64,000 nucleotides of DNA, taken from positions 32,012-96,011 of the forward strand of contig JBNKKI010000050.1 in the NCBI GenBank assembly GCA_050291745.1, read 5' to 3'. Numbering within the stretch: position 1 is the first letter of the stretch; each line of letters begins with the position of its first letter. Made by a program: the position numbers and the translations under genes. The stretch comes from Gammaproteobacteria bacterium (GTDB lineage Bacteria; Pseudomonadota; Gammaproteobacteria; GCA-001735895). Positions 40,214-51,657 of this stretch are shown here, in pieces. The notes beneath the pieces are model-generated. The model was not told where the DNA came from. It saw only the letters and a program-made list of their open reading frames with translations, and made no database searches.

Positions 40214-41035
40214 ATGTCTGTTACAGAAAATGCTGTAGATGCAGAACAATATAAATTTACTCAGGAACCTTACTATGAGCCGGTTAGTAATGAGTTAAGT
40301 TTATACGAATCTGCTTATGCGGTGCGCATGCCGATGATGATTAAGGGGCCAACCGGTTGCGGTAAGTCACGTTTTATCGAGCACATGGCCTGGAAACTAC
40401 AAAAACCATTGATCACGGTCGCCTGTAATGAAGATATGACTGCTTCAGATCTGGTAGGGCGTTTTCTACTTGATAAGGATGGTACGAAATGGCAGGACGG
40501 TCCATTAACGACAGCGGCGAAAATTGGCGCTATATGTTACCTGGATGAAATTGTTGAAGCTCGTCAGGATACAACTGTGGTTATACATCCTTTGACTGAT
40601 CATCGACGGAGTTTACCCTTAGATAAAAAAGCTGAGCTAATACAGGCACATCCTGATTTTCAACTGGTTATTTCCTATAACCCCGGTTACCAGAGTTTAA
40701 TGAAAGATTTAAAACAGTCGACTAAACAACGTTTTGGTGCTCTGGATTTTAATTATCCTGAAGAGAAAATAGAAATTAATATTGTTGCCAGGGAATCCGG
40801 TGTGGATGAGACGACAGCAGAAAAATTAGTTCACATAGCACAGCGTGCGCGTAATTTGAAAGGGCATGGGCTGGATGAAGGTATTTCTACTCGACTACTG
40901 GTTTATTCAGGGCAGTTAATCGCCGAAGGTGTTGACCCTGTATCAGCCTGTAGCATGACTATGGTGACGCCGTTGACGGATGATTCTGATATGCGCGATA
41001 CACTGCAGGCTGCAGTAGAAACTTTCTTCGGTTAA
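40214..41035 (+). CDS. cbbQ: RuBisCO activase AAA+ ATPase CbbQ
   Basis: KGPTGCGKS, CNEDMTASDLVGR, YLDEIVEARQD, SYNPGYQ, STRLL. Confidence 0.93.
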   Translation: MSVTENAVDAEQYKFTQEPYYEPVSNELSLYESAYAVRMPMMIKGPTGCGKSRFIEHMAWKLQKPLITVACNEDMTASDLVGRFLLDKDGTKWQDGPLTTAAKIGAICYLDEIVEARQDTTVVIHPLTDHRRSLPLDKKAELIQAHPDFQLVISYNPGYQSLMKDLKQSTKQRFGALDFNYPEEKIEINIVARESGVDETTAEKLVHIAQRARNLKGHGLDEGISTRLLVYSGQLIAEGVDPVSACSMTMVTPLTDDSDMRDTLQAAVETFFG

Positions 41036-41063
41036 TTGTCAGCTTGAATCAGCGGGTCTAACT

Positions 41064-43406
41064 ATGTCCATAAAACTTGAAGACTACGAAGAATTTCTGA
41101 GCGAAGTAGCACCAGAAATTCGTGAAGTTCTCGATGCGACTTTTCAGGAAGCCTCCCGGGTTATGTCTCCGGCTGGTTTACAGGAATATATGGATGGTGC
41201 AAAAAGTCTCTATAATCTGGGGCGTGGTTCCGGTGTGGTAATTTCCTATTTACAGGAAATGCCTCTGGTTGCTAAAGAATGTGGTGAGGATGTGATTGGA
41301 GACTGTATTACTGCTGCATTAAAGTTATCCTCAATGACTTCAGCTGAAGTCGTGGCATTATTATTCGGTAGTATGCCAGCCGCTGCTCGTGACCTGGGGG
41401 ATGCAGCGCTTTTCCGTGGATACTTAACTCTAATTCACCAACTGGCCTCAACCGCTTCACGCGGCTTGCGTCCGATGCTTAATCATATTGATGAGTTACT
41501 ATCAAAATTAACCTTAAGTGGATTAAGACGATGGGCAAATTTTGGTGCACAGGCATATCGCCGTGATTTTAAAAATCTAACCACCTATTTTAATCTTGAG
41601 TCAGCTGATAGTCTGGCAATGTTACAGAAAGAACGACGCGGTATTTTATTTATAAAGACTCAGCGTAAATTAAACTTTTATCTGAGAGCACTGTGGAATC
41701 GAGATTTCTTTTTACGTCCGACTGGCGCTGATTTTGCAGATTTTCGACCTTATATAGAACATCGGATTCTACACTTGCCTGATGCACTTGATAATTATGG
41801 CGATGTAGCGGGTCTGGAAGTTTATCGTGCAACTGCGGCTCATATGGCTGCACACATGATGTATTCCTGTGCAGCAATTTCAGCTGAGGGATTGAGTCCG
41901 GCACAAATGTTTTTTATAGGTTTAATTGAGGATGCAAGGATTGAATATAAAGCAGTAAAAGAATTCCCGGGATTGAAGAAACTTTGGCGATTGCTAATGG
42001 AACTGCCTGGTGAAGTGAAACCTGAGCACCCAGCGATGCCTGTGCTGGAAAAATTATCATTGATGCTGCTGGATGATAGGGTTACTTCAAATGATCAGGA
42101 ATTAAATGCTTTAGCACAAAAATTTCATGCTGAAATAGAAGCAAATCAGGATGATAACAAGTTTTGCTGGTTTCTTGGTCTGCAGGTGTTTAATTTATTT
42201 TCTGCCCGTAAAGAAGTACCCAGTTTGCGCATTCTGGAACGCATCGATATTCCCTATCGTGATGATAATCGCTTTGTATGGGAATTTGAAGAATTTAACC
42301 TGGGCCTTGAACAGGAATATATACCCGCCAGTCAGCGTCAGCTTAGAAGACAGGTTAGTGTTATTGAAATGGCTAATGAAGTAGATTGTGAACTGGCAGG
42401 TGATGATGCTCAGGAAATCTGGACCTGTTCTACCGAGATGCGTCCTTATGAAGATGATTTAACTGAGAATACAAAAAGTTTCAATGAAATGTGGGGAAAA
42501 GAACCGGTCTCTGACCCTTTTCATTATCAGGAGTGGGATTATCAGATTCAATTGCACCGCCCTGACTGGGTAACAATTTATGAACGTCGTCCAGGCAAAG
42601 CTGACCCTCAGGATATAGATGATATTATTAACGAATATCGACCGGTAGCCCATCGCATAAAACAGATTATAGATCTGTTAACACCAGAAGGTGTACAACG
42701 TGTTCGAAATATGGAAGATGGAGATGAAATCGATATCAATGCAGCGATTGATGCGATGATTTCTATTCGTATGGGAGAGCAACCTAACAGCCGGATAAGC
42801 ATGCGTAATCTATTGAAAAGCCGTGATTTATCTGTTGTTATATTACTCGACCTGTCAGCATCGACTAATGAAAAAATGCAGGGTTCCGATAAAACTGTTT
42901 TACAGTTAACTCGTGAAGCAGCTACTCTGGTTTCAACAGCTATAGAAGGCATTGGTGATTCTTTTGCAATACATGGATTTGCCTCTGATGGACGTCATGA
43001 TGTGCAATATTATCGTATTAAGGATTTTAACCAGCACTTTGGTGATGATGTGAAATCACAGTTATCTGGCATGCAGGGGGGCTTATCGACACGCATGGGA
43101 GCAGCGCTTCGTCATGCCGGTTACCATCTGCTGAAACAACAGGAAAAGCGCAAGTTGATTTTACTGGTAACTGATGGTGAACCTGCCGATATCGATGAAC
43201 GCGATCCACAGCATTTACGCTTTGATACAAAAAAAGCGGTCGAAGAATTATATAGCCATGGTGTTTTAAGTTATTGTTTGACCCTGGATCCACATGCTGA
43301 TGATTATGTAAAACGAATATTTGGACAGAATCATTATACAGTCATTGATAATGTTGAACGCTTGCCGGAACAGTTACCAACTTTATTTGCCAGTTTGACA
43401 GCTTAA
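41064..43406 (+). CDS. cbbO: VWA-domain activase adaptor CbbO
   Basis: Y.EWDY, MIDAS DLSAS, STRMGAALRHA, VTDGEP; follows cbbQ. Confidence 0.92.
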   Translation: MSIKLEDYEEFLSEVAPEIREVLDATFQEASRVMSPAGLQEYMDGAKSLYNLGRGSGVVISYLQEMPLVAKECGEDVIGDCITAALKLSSMTSAEVVALLFGSMPAAARDLGDAALFRGYLTLIHQLASTASRGLRPMLNHIDELLSKLTLSGLRRWANFGAQAYRRDFKNLTTYFNLESADSLAMLQKERRGILFIKTQRKLNFYLRALWNRDFFLRPTGADFADFRPYIEHRILHLPDALDNYGDVAGLEVYRATAAHMAAHMMYSCAAISAEGLSPAQMFFIGLIEDARIEYKAVKEFPGLKKLWRLLMELPGEVKPEHPAMPVLEKLSLMLLDDRVTSNDQELNALAQKFHAEIEANQDDNKFCWFLGLQVFNLFSARKEVPSLRILERIDIPYRDDNRFVWEFEEFNLGLEQEYIPASQRQLRRQVSVIEMANEVDCELAGDDAQEIWTCSTEMRPYEDDLTENTKSFNEMWGKEPVSDPFHYQEWDYQIQLHRPDWVTIYERRPGKADPQDIDDIINEYRPVAHRIKQIIDLLTPEGVQRVRNMEDGDEIDINAAIDAMISIRMGEQPNSRISMRNLLKSRDLSVVILLDLSASTNEKMQGSDKTVLQLTREAATLVSTAIEGIGDSFAIHGFASDGRHDVQYYRIKDFNQHFGDDVKSQLSGMQGGLSTRMGAALRHAGYHLLKQQEKRKLILLVTDGEPADIDERDPQHLRFDTKKAVEELYSHGVLSYCLTLDPHADDYVKRIFGQNHYTVIDNVERLPEQLPTLFASLTA

Positions 43407-43481
43407 TACAACAGGGTGAAAAAAATATGAGCCGGGTTGATGGTATGCCCATTTATCAGCAACAGGTCTATATTGTTTTAG

Positions 43482-43497
43482 CTGCGGATTTCAGGTT
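43482..43497. repeat. Family B right-end fragment
   Basis: ctgcggatttcaggtt versus ctgcggaatccaggtt. Confidence 0.45.
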
Positions 43498-43561
43498 AAA
43501 ACTTTTGCCTGTGAATCGATTACGATTAATTATCAGGAAAATTCTAAAATTCAGCTGAAAT

Positions 43562-43591
43562 AAAAAAACAGCCGGACAAGTCCGGCTGTTT
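43562..43591. terminator. Intrinsic terminator between convergent genes
   Basis: aaaaaaacagccgga-caag-tccggctgttt. Confidence 0.8.
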
Positions 43592-43617
43592 ATTAAGCTT
43601 TAGTATTGCAGATAGGA

Positions 43618-44340
43618 TTAACGCCTGCTTTTTGCGTTGAAATTCACACCATCATCTTTTTTCTTGTTACTAAATCCAATTGATCCTCGATCAGGGTTAT
43701 TATTATAGCCTTCATCACCATAGGTGAAACCTTCACTAAAATTCTGCATTTCACCAGGCATGTCTTTAGCAACATTTTTAAATTCATCGCCAACATCGAT
43801 AGGATTTGGAATTGAAATGGAAGGTGCTTTCCAGCCACCGGGCATTGTGCCAAGCCTGTTCGGGGTGATCATCATATCTTCCCAGGCTTCAGCCATTCCT
43901 TCTTTGGGATCAGCGGGATCAAACCATTTACTAGGTCCGCCATTGCGTCCCCACAGGTTATCGTAATCACGGTTCCAGGGAGCACGTCCCCAGCTTCTGT
44001 TCCAGGGGCCATTTGCTGGTAGAATATCATCATAATAGCTGCCACGTCCCGGCCAGAAACGCTCACCAAAGCCGCTATTTCCAGTGAAAGGCATGTTATG
44101 GTTGTTACCAAATGGGCCATTACGAAATGAATTATTGCCGAATGGACCCTGTCTGAAAAAATTATTATTACGGTTATAGCCATTGTACTGGTTGTAACCA
44201 TAATAATTCTGATATGGATTCTGGTTAGTATATGGAGCATATTGTCCATAATAGGCAGGATAGCCTTGTGCCTGGACCAACGGGCTCGATACAACGAGAG
44301 CAGCCAGACCGGCTAAAAGTAGTGGTTTAAAATTCATCAT
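43618..44340 (-). CDS. Exported Gly/Asn/Pro/Tyr-rich protein, sulfur-globule-protein-like
   Basis: Signal peptide ending VQA; low-complexity repeats FR.GPFGNN and GPW/APW; function inferred from composition only. Confidence 0.6.
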   Translation of the reverse strand: MMNFKPLLLAGLAALVVSSPLVQAQGYPAYYGQYAPYTNQNPYQNYYGYNQYNGYNRNNNFFRQGPFGNNSFRNGPFGNNHNMPFTGNSGFGERFWPGRGSYYDDILPANGPWNRSWGRAPWNRDYDNLWGRNGGPSKWFDPADPKEGMAEAWEDMMITPNRLGTMPGGWKAPSISIPNPIDVGDEFKNVAKDMPGEMQNFSEGFTYGDEGYNNNPDRGSIGFSNKKKDDGVNFNAKSRR

Positions 44341-44465
44341 TATATCGTTAACTCCAGTAATGGCTTCAGTTTACAGAAATATGTCTATCCTCTGTCATAC
44401 TGCCCATGTGTGTATTGAGCAAGGAGTTTAACCAATATAGCGGATTAAATCAATATAAGTATTTG

Positions 44466-45317
44466 CTAATATACTTGATAATGCTTTTCGGCTGCCATGA
44501 CAGTTTGAGTGATTAGCGTTGCTATAGTCATTGGGCCAACACCACCGGGAACGGGAGTATAAGCAGCACAACGATCTTTGATAGCACTTAACTCAATATC
44601 TCCGATTCCACCCGGGTGATAACCGGCATCGATTACAACAGCGCCATCTTTTATCCAGTCTCCCTTGATGAGTTCGGGTTGACCGACAGCTCCAACAACG
44701 ATATCGGCCTGTTTTACCAATGATGGTAAATCTCTGGTGCGCGAATGGCAGATGGTGACAGTTGCATTTTCATTCAGTAGCATCATGGCCATAGGTTTAC
44801 CTAGAATGGCGCTACGGCCTATGACGACAGCATGCTTACCCGCAATATCAATTTTATATTCTTTTAAAATAGTCATGATTCCTGCCGGTGTAGCAGAACC
44901 GAAAGCAAATTCCTGCATCACCATTTTTCCAAAACCCAGAGAAGTAACGCCGTCTACATCTTTGTTAAGCGAAATATTATCGAAACACAGACGTTCATCT
45001 ATTTGTGCCGGTACAGGATGTTGCAATAAAATTCCATGCACATCAGGGTTATCGTTTAATTTATCAATTTCCGCTATTAATTGTTCTGTACTGATATCTT
45101 TATCCAGTACCAGACGAATTGATTCCATGCCGACACGTTTACAGGCATTGCCTTTCATTTTGACATAGGTAGCAGAAGCTGGATCATCTCCCACCAGAAT
45201 AGTGGCTAGAATCGGTGTAATCCCATTCGTATGCTGTTTTATTTTTTCCACGCGGCTGGCTAATTGTTGTTCAACCTTTGCTGCGAGAGCTTTTCCATCC
45301 AGAATAATTGCTGTCAT
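44466..45317 (-). CDS. folD: Bifunctional methylenetetrahydrofolate dehydrogenase/cyclohydrolase
   Basis: [36 protein letters not shown]. Confidence 0.97.
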   Translation of the reverse strand: MTAIILDGKALAAKVEQQLASRVEKIKQHTNGITPILATILVGDDPASATYVKMKGNACKRVGMESIRLVLDKDISTEQLIAEIDKLNDNPDVHGILLQHPVPAQIDERLCFDNISLNKDVDGVTSLGFGKMVMQEFAFGSATPAGIMTILKEYKIDIAGKHAVVIGRSAILGKPMAMMLLNENATVTICHSRTRDLPSLVKQADIVVGAVGQPELIKGDWIKDGAVVIDAGYHPGGIGDIELSAIKDRCAAYTPVPGGVGPMTIATLITQTVMAAEKHYQVY

Positions 45318-45572
45318 AAAAATACCGAGAGAGTTAAATTAGCAGTAGCTACCCACTGAGTAGTTACAAATTAATGAATATTATATATAGGTAAAGCCAA
45401 TTGCGCATCGAAAACACACACTGTTTTTTTGATGAATTATGAATTGTCTCTTTTCGGGTAGTTGGTTTTATTATTCAATCATAAATGGTGTAAATTTTAT
45501 GGTTTCTGAAATATTGTCATTTTTTTGCACTATAGTCTTAAATAATCCTCTAAATTAAAAGGTCAAAGACAA

Positions 45573-46979
45573 ATGATCAGGAAACACTTATTCTCAATGC
45601 TTGCGGGTTCAGTTGCATTATTGACTACAACTGCTTCTTTAGCTGTATCTTTTAATTCATTTGATCCCCGTTCAATGGCTATGGGTGGTGCGGGTGTGGC
45701 AGTGCCAAACCCGGCAACAGCGCCTTTTTTTAATCCGGCACTGCTTTCTATCGCTAAATCCAAAGATGATTTTGCAATTGAATTTCCAGTTTTTGGAATC
45801 AGAGTATACGATCCAGATAACTTTGTAGATGCAATCGATGACTTTGATGATACCGTTGTGGACGATCTGGATGCATCAATCAGTAATTTTGATGCTGTCA
45901 GAAACTCTGGGGATAATGCCGCAATAATTGATGCCTTGAATGACGTCTCGGATAATGTTTTAGCGACTAACAATGAAGTATTAAAGCTCAGTGATAAACC
46001 ATTTCAGTTTGAAGGTGGTCTGGGAATTGTTATAGCGGTTCCGGGAGAAAAGTTTGGAATTGCCGTTACAGCTTCAGGATCTGCCAATATGTCAGGAATT
46101 TTAGAGTATGAAGATGCAGAAACTGTGACGACTTTAACGAGTGACCTTGATATCCTGAATGATTGCTATCAATCAAGTTTAAATAACCCATCGTTCGATT
46201 TTGCTGCCTGTATTTCAACGGCTTCACTATCTGATTTTATTGATATTTCTGATCCCAACAACCCGGTGATTGATTTTACTGCTGCATCGAATGTATCGGA
46301 TCCTACCGATATCAATTCTACAGTTAAAGTACTGGGTGTGATTATGGCTGAAGCTGGAGTCACTGTTTCCAGAGAATTTGCTATCAGTAATACCGAAGTG
46401 GCTATTGGGCTTACACCCAAAATAGTTAGCGTTACTATACTAGATTATGAAGCAAGTGCGGACGCAGCTGAGTCTGATAAAATTAATGGAGATGACTATA
46501 CAGCTGATTACAGTGACTTTAATCTGGATGTTGGTGTCGCAATGGATCATAAAAATGGCTGGCGCAGTGGTGTGGTCATTAAGAATATAATCTCTCATGA
46601 TTATGATGGAATAAATGCAGATCCTACAACAGGGGTAGAAAGCAAAACAGGTAATACAATTTCACTGGAGCCGCAAATTCGAGCTGGGGTATCACATTCA
46701 AATGGCTGGAGTACGCTGGCTGTGGATGTTGATATTACTGAAAATAAAGGTCTTGGTCTGGCCAGTGATGATAGCCGATATATTGCTCTGGGTGCAGAAT
46801 TTAATGCTTTTGACTGGGCTCAACTCAGGGTGGGATATAGAGTCAATACAGCCAATAGTGATCGAAGTGTGATGTCGGCAGGTGTGGGTGTTTCTCCATT
46901 CGGTATTCATATGGATTTGGGTGTTTCAGGTAATCAGGATGAAATAGGTGCCGCTTTTCAGCTCGGATTTAGATTTTAG
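45573..46979 (+). CDS. TraF-like outer-membrane beta-barrel protein
   Basis: Signal peptide, DPRSMAMGGAGVA...FFNPALL, WAQLRVGY, terminal Phe. Confidence 0.75.
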   Translation: MIRKHLFSMLAGSVALLTTTASLAVSFNSFDPRSMAMGGAGVAVPNPATAPFFNPALLSIAKSKDDFAIEFPVFGIRVYDPDNFVDAIDDFDDTVVDDLDASISNFDAVRNSGDNAAIIDALNDVSDNVLATNNEVLKLSDKPFQFEGGLGIVIAVPGEKFGIAVTASGSANMSGILEYEDAETVTTLTSDLDILNDCYQSSLNNPSFDFAACISTASLSDFIDISDPNNPVIDFTAASNVSDPTDINSTVKVLGVIMAEAGVTVSREFAISNTEVAIGLTPKIVSVTILDYEASADAAESDKINGDDYTADYSDFNLDVGVAMDHKNGWRSGVVIKNIISHDYDGINADPTTGVESKTGNTISLEPQIRAGVSHSNGWSTLAVDVDITENKGLGLASDDSRYIALGAEFNAFDWAQLRVGYRVNTANSDRSVMSAGVGVSPFGIHMDLGVSGNQDEIGAAFQLGFRF

Positions 46980-47072
46980 TTGCGTGCCGATAAATACTGA
47001 ACCGGGACTACTCCAGATGGAGGTGATTGCTGGTGATATTTTTCTACTGTGTAACTGATATAATCTGTCTAC

Positions 47073-47780
47073 ATGAGCGATAGTTATAGTAATTCAACAC
47101 AGTTAATAGAAGTTTGTCCTGTTAAAAAGCAGGATTGTCATTGGCTTTATGAGCTGGCGAATCTTAGACAGGAAAATAGTGAATTAAAGTTACTGGTTAC
47201 TACTGATAAATTAACGGGATTATATAATTTTCGTTATTTTCAGGATCATTTTGCTAAACAAATGGAATATACCAATCGCACGGGGCGTCCAACCAGTATC
47301 ATCATGATCGATCTGGATTTTTTTAAAGCGATAAATGATGAGTGGGGACATGAAGCGGGTAATCAATCTTTAAAAGTAGCAGCGAATGTTTTCACTCAGG
47401 CTATCCGCTCTTCTGATGTTGTTTGCCGTTATGGCGGTGAAGAGTTTATCGTTATATTACCGCAAACAGCTTTGCCGACAGCCGTCAAAGTTGCAGAAAG
47501 GATCAGGCTTTCGCTTGAGCAAACCAGTGTCGAAGTTGAAGGAGGCCAGATTAATTTAACAGCAAGCCTTGGTGTGAATGTTTATCACAGTGATTTGACC
47601 ACAGGTCTGGAATCATTTATAGATTCAGTGGATCAGTATTTGTATCAGGCCAAGCAGCAGGGTCGAAATCGGGTTTGTCATGCTGATTATGCATCAGTTA
47701 AGCGTGGAACTTCTGTGAGTGCTGAAGAAAAAGCGGATCTCTTTGCGTTTAACCAGGATTCCAGGATTAATTCTGACTAA
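47073..47780 (+). CDS. Diguanylate cyclase
   Basis: DKLTGLYN, DLDFFKAINDEWGH, RSSD I-site, RYGGEEF. Confidence 0.92.
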   Translation: MSDSYSNSTQLIEVCPVKKQDCHWLYELANLRQENSELKLLVTTDKLTGLYNFRYFQDHFAKQMEYTNRTGRPTSIIMIDLDFFKAINDEWGHEAGNQSLKVAANVFTQAIRSSDVVCRYGGEEFIVILPQTALPTAVKVAERIRLSLEQTSVEVEGGQINLTASLGVNVYHSDLTTGLESFIDSVDQYLYQAKQQGRNRVCHADYASVKRGTSVSAEEKADLFAFNQDSRINSD

Positions 47781-47833
47781 AAGACCTGGAATCTTTTCCA
47801 GGCCTTTAACTTTCAAAGGTAGAGTGGCAGACA

Positions 47834-48382
47834 CTAAAAATGAGGTTTATCTTTGGCGTTATTAAAACGTTCAATACTGTTCATGATTTCATTTTTGGCC
47901 TCATCAGCATCCTGCCAGCCTTCAATTTTCACCCATTTTCCATCTTCCAGATCTTTATAGTGTTCAAAGAAATGAGAAATAGAATCCAGTAAAGTTCTGG
48001 ACATTTGACGAACACTACTGATTTCTCTGTAGACTCGAGAAAGGCTATCGATAGGTACTGCCAGGATTTTTGCATCTTCACCTGATTCATCTTCCATTTT
48101 CAGCATACCAACCGGACGAACACGGATAACTGAGCCACTGATTAGTGGAACTGGTGTGACAACCAGTACATCTGCAGGATCACCGTCATCGGATAGAGTG
48201 TGTGGAATATAGCCATAGTTACAGGGGTAATGCATAGCCGTACCCATGAATCGATCAACAAACATAGCGCCAGTTTCCTTGTCTACTTCGTATTTTACAG
48301 GATCACTGTGAGAAGGTATTTCGATGATGACATTAACGTCATTAGGGCAATTTACGCCAGAGTTTACGCGATCTAAATTCAT
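47834..48382 (-). CDS. ppa: Soluble inorganic pyrophosphatase (family I)
   Basis: [29 protein letters not shown]. Confidence 0.96.
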   Translation of the reverse strand: MNLDRVNSGVNCPNDVNVIIEIPSHSDPVKYEVDKETGAMFVDRFMGTAMHYPCNYGYIPHTLSDDGDPADVLVVTPVPLISGSVIRVRPVGMLKMEDESGEDAKILAVPIDSLSRVYREISSVRQMSRTLLDSISHFFEHYKDLEDGKWVKIEGWQDADEAKNEIMNSIERFNNAKDKPHF

Positions 48383-48435
48383 GTTTTATATCCAGTGGTT
48401 AGTAGTTTCTTATAGAATGATTTGTAACAGTTTAA

Positions 48436-48633
48436 TTACAGGTTCTTGAATTCCTGTCCAACTTTAAAACCAAAAATTTCAGTCATATTAAGATCTTTGA
48501 TTAACTGGTCTATTGCCGCTTGTCCCAGATCCCGTTGAACTTCTGCCAGTATCAGGCGAGCTGCATTGCGGTTATAGCCCTGACCGATATAGGCTTGAAT
48601 TTCTAGTAATTCATAAGCTTTTTCTAGTGTCAT
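48436..48633 (-). CDS. Small hypothetical protein
   Basis: 65-aa ORF co-oriented between pfp and ppa, GYNRNAARLILAEV. Confidence 0.65.
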   Translation of the reverse strand: MTLEKAYELLEIQAYIGQGYNRNAARLILAEVQRDLGQAAIDQLIKDLNMTEIFGFKVGQEFKNL

Positions 48634-48745
48634 AATATAATATATTAATGTTAATCAAAAAACTGAAGATAAATGTTTAAGCGATTATGAATTTCACTTT
48701 ATATCAGAAGCATATCGATTAACTGAAAAGTTTATATATAGTAAC

Positions 48746-48772
48746 AAAAAAAGGGCTGCATAAGCAGCCCTT
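48746..48772 (-). terminator. Intrinsic terminator of pfp
   Basis: aagggctgc-ataa-gcagccctt with a T tract on the minus strand. Confidence 0.8.
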
Positions 48773-48796
48773 CTAAAATACTTAAAAGTTATTTGG

Positions 48797-50053
48797 TTAA
48801 ATCTCAAATTCTTCCAGTTTCTTTTCGACCAGTTCACTTTTCATAGTGACATAGATCGGCATACCGTTGTCGTCATAATCAGGATAAGCTTCACCTTTAA
48901 TCAGCGGGTATAGATACTCTTTACACTTATCAGTAATACCGTAACCATCTTCAGTGATAAAATCCAGTGGCATCATTTTCTCAACATTAGCGACTTCACT
49001 TAAAGGTGCTTCGCCAATGCTCCATTTGTAAGGCGTTGATGACTCACGGACCACAGTTGGCATAATTGAGTTTTTACCTTCCAGTGCTTTTTCAACAGCT
49101 GCGACGCCCAGAGCATAAGCCTGTTCAACATCAGATTCTGAAGAAAGATGGCGAGCAGCACGCTGTAGATAATCAGCAACAGCCCAGTGAAATTTATAAC
49201 CCAATGAATCTTTAATCATATTAGCTACGATCGGTGCTGCTCCACCCAGTTGTGCATGTCCGAAAGAGTCACGTGTTCCCTGTTCTGCCAGGAAAGTTCC
49301 ATCCGGGTAGTGAGCACCTTCAGAAACGACTATGGTGCAATAGCCATGCTCTTTAACTTTGGCGTCAACAGCTGCTGTAAATTTATCTTTATCAAACTCG
49401 ATTTCAGGGAATAGTGTGATGACAGGAATACCGTAGTCTTCAACAAGTGCACCGGCAGCTGCGATCCAGCCAGCGTGACGACCCATAACTTCAATAACAA
49501 AAATCTTGGTTGAAGTAGCAGCCATTGAGCGTACATCATATGATGCTTCAAGAGTTGATACAGCAATGTATTTTGCAACTGAACCGAAACCGGGGCAGTT
49601 GTCAGTGATAGGGAGATCGTTATCAACTGTTTTTGGAACGTGTATAGCCTGTACAGGATAGCCCATTTTTTCAGAGAGTTGAGAAACTTTATAACAGGTG
49701 TCAGCAGAATCACCACCACCATTGTAAAAAAAGTAACCAATATTATGTGCTTTAAAAATATTGATAAGACGCTCGTATTCGCGTTTATTATCTTCCAGAC
49801 TCTTTAGTTTGAATCGGCAGGAGCCAAAAGCACCGGAAGGGGTTTTCTTTAAGGCAGCAATTGCTTCGTCAGTTTCTTTTGATGTGTCAATCAATTGCTC
49901 AGTTAAAGCACCAATAATTCCGTTTTTTCCTGCTAAAACATTACCAATCTTATCACTGTGCTTACGACAGGTTTCGATGACACCACAGGCTGAACTATTA
50001 ATTACAGCGGTTACCCCACCTGATTGTGCATAAAATGCATTTTTCTTTGTCAT
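48797..50053 (-). CDS. pfp: Pyrophosphate-dependent 6-phosphofructokinase
   Basis: QSGGVTAVIN, NGGGDS (Asp at the PPi-specificity position), PKTVDND, EVMGR; start set at MTKK. Confidence 0.9.
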   Translation of the reverse strand: MTKKNAFYAQSGGVTAVINSSACGVIETCRKHSDKIGNVLAGKNGIIGALTEQLIDTSKETDEAIAALKKTPSGAFGSCRFKLKSLEDNKREYERLINIFKAHNIGYFFYNGGGDSADTCYKVSQLSEKMGYPVQAIHVPKTVDNDLPITDNCPGFGSVAKYIAVSTLEASYDVRSMAATSTKIFVIEVMGRHAGWIAAAGALVEDYGIPVITLFPEIEFDKDKFTAAVDAKVKEHGYCTIVVSEGAHYPDGTFLAEQGTRDSFGHAQLGGAAPIVANMIKDSLGYKFHWAVADYLQRAARHLSSESDVEQAYALGVAAVEKALEGKNSIMPTVVRESSTPYKWSIGEAPLSEVANVEKMMPLDFITEDGYGITDKCKEYLYPLIKGEAYPDYDDNGMPIYVTMKSELVEKKLEEFEI

Positions 50054-50111
50054 ATCTGTATATCTCCTCAATAGAATGACCTTTTTAAAAGGTCAGTATT
50101 TTTCAAATTTG

Positions 50112-50465
50112 TTAAGAATCCTGTTGCTCTGCTCGGGATAACTCATGGTCTGCCTGTAATCTCAGCAGCGATAGGACACAATCCCCTATACTGTCATATT
50201 CTGGAATGCTGGTGCCAAACTGCTCGAGATTGCCATAATAAAATTGAGTCCTATACTGACTATCGGCCGTTTTAATAATCACAAAATGGCACTCTCCCTG
50301 TTCCCAGTAAAGTGCAGGACATTCAGTTAATTCACGGTCGGCTTTACTTAACCTGGCTTCAACATCGACGATGTGTAGTTCAATATTATCCTTCCCCCAG
50401 CGTTCATCCAGGGTGCTTCTCACGATGCTTTTTTCAATCTCTGTGATATCGGGTATAGAACTCAT
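50112..50465 (-). CDS. Hypothetical protein
   Basis: 117-aa acidic ORF directly upstream of pfp. Confidence 0.7.
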   Translation of the reverse strand: MSSIPDITEIEKSIVRSTLDERWGKDNIELHIVDVEARLSKADRELTECPALYWEQGECHFVIIKTADSQYRTQFYYGNLEQFGTSIPEYDSIGDCVLSLLRLQADHELSRAEQQDS

Positions 50466-50691
50466 TTATATTTTAGGTGTTGGTTAACAGGGCGGGGAAT
50501 ATACAATAAATGGGGCAGATTTGCATGTCCTTGATTAACGAAAAGGCTGAGTTTTTCACTAAAGACCCGCAAAATCTCTAAAAAAGTTAATGATTCAGGT
50601 ATAAGCTAATTCAATTGGTTTATATAAAAACCCTACTAGTAGTGGGTTTACAGCTGTGGCAAAATTGGCTATCTGTTATGAGTCGGTGTTA

Positions 50692-51582
<891 letters not shown>

Positions 51583-51590
51583 AACATAAT

Positions 51591-51626
51591 AGCCGTGACT
51601 GATTTATTAGTACACGGCTTTTTTTT
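51591..51626 (+). terminator. Intrinsic terminator between adk and hppA
   Basis: agccgtg...cacggct followed by a T tract. Confidence 0.7.
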
Positions 51627-51657
51627 ATTAATTTTTTATTAAATAACAGGGCTTAAT

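Noticed and set aside
38800-40214. Replication origin at the composition switch
   Set aside because: No DnaA-box cluster noticed and no oriC-linked genes; kept only as a rearrangement hypothesis
47753-47812. B-like end fragments around the end of the GGDEF gene
   Set aside because: Too short; cctggaa-tctt-ttccagg is adequately explained as a terminator hairpin between convergent genes
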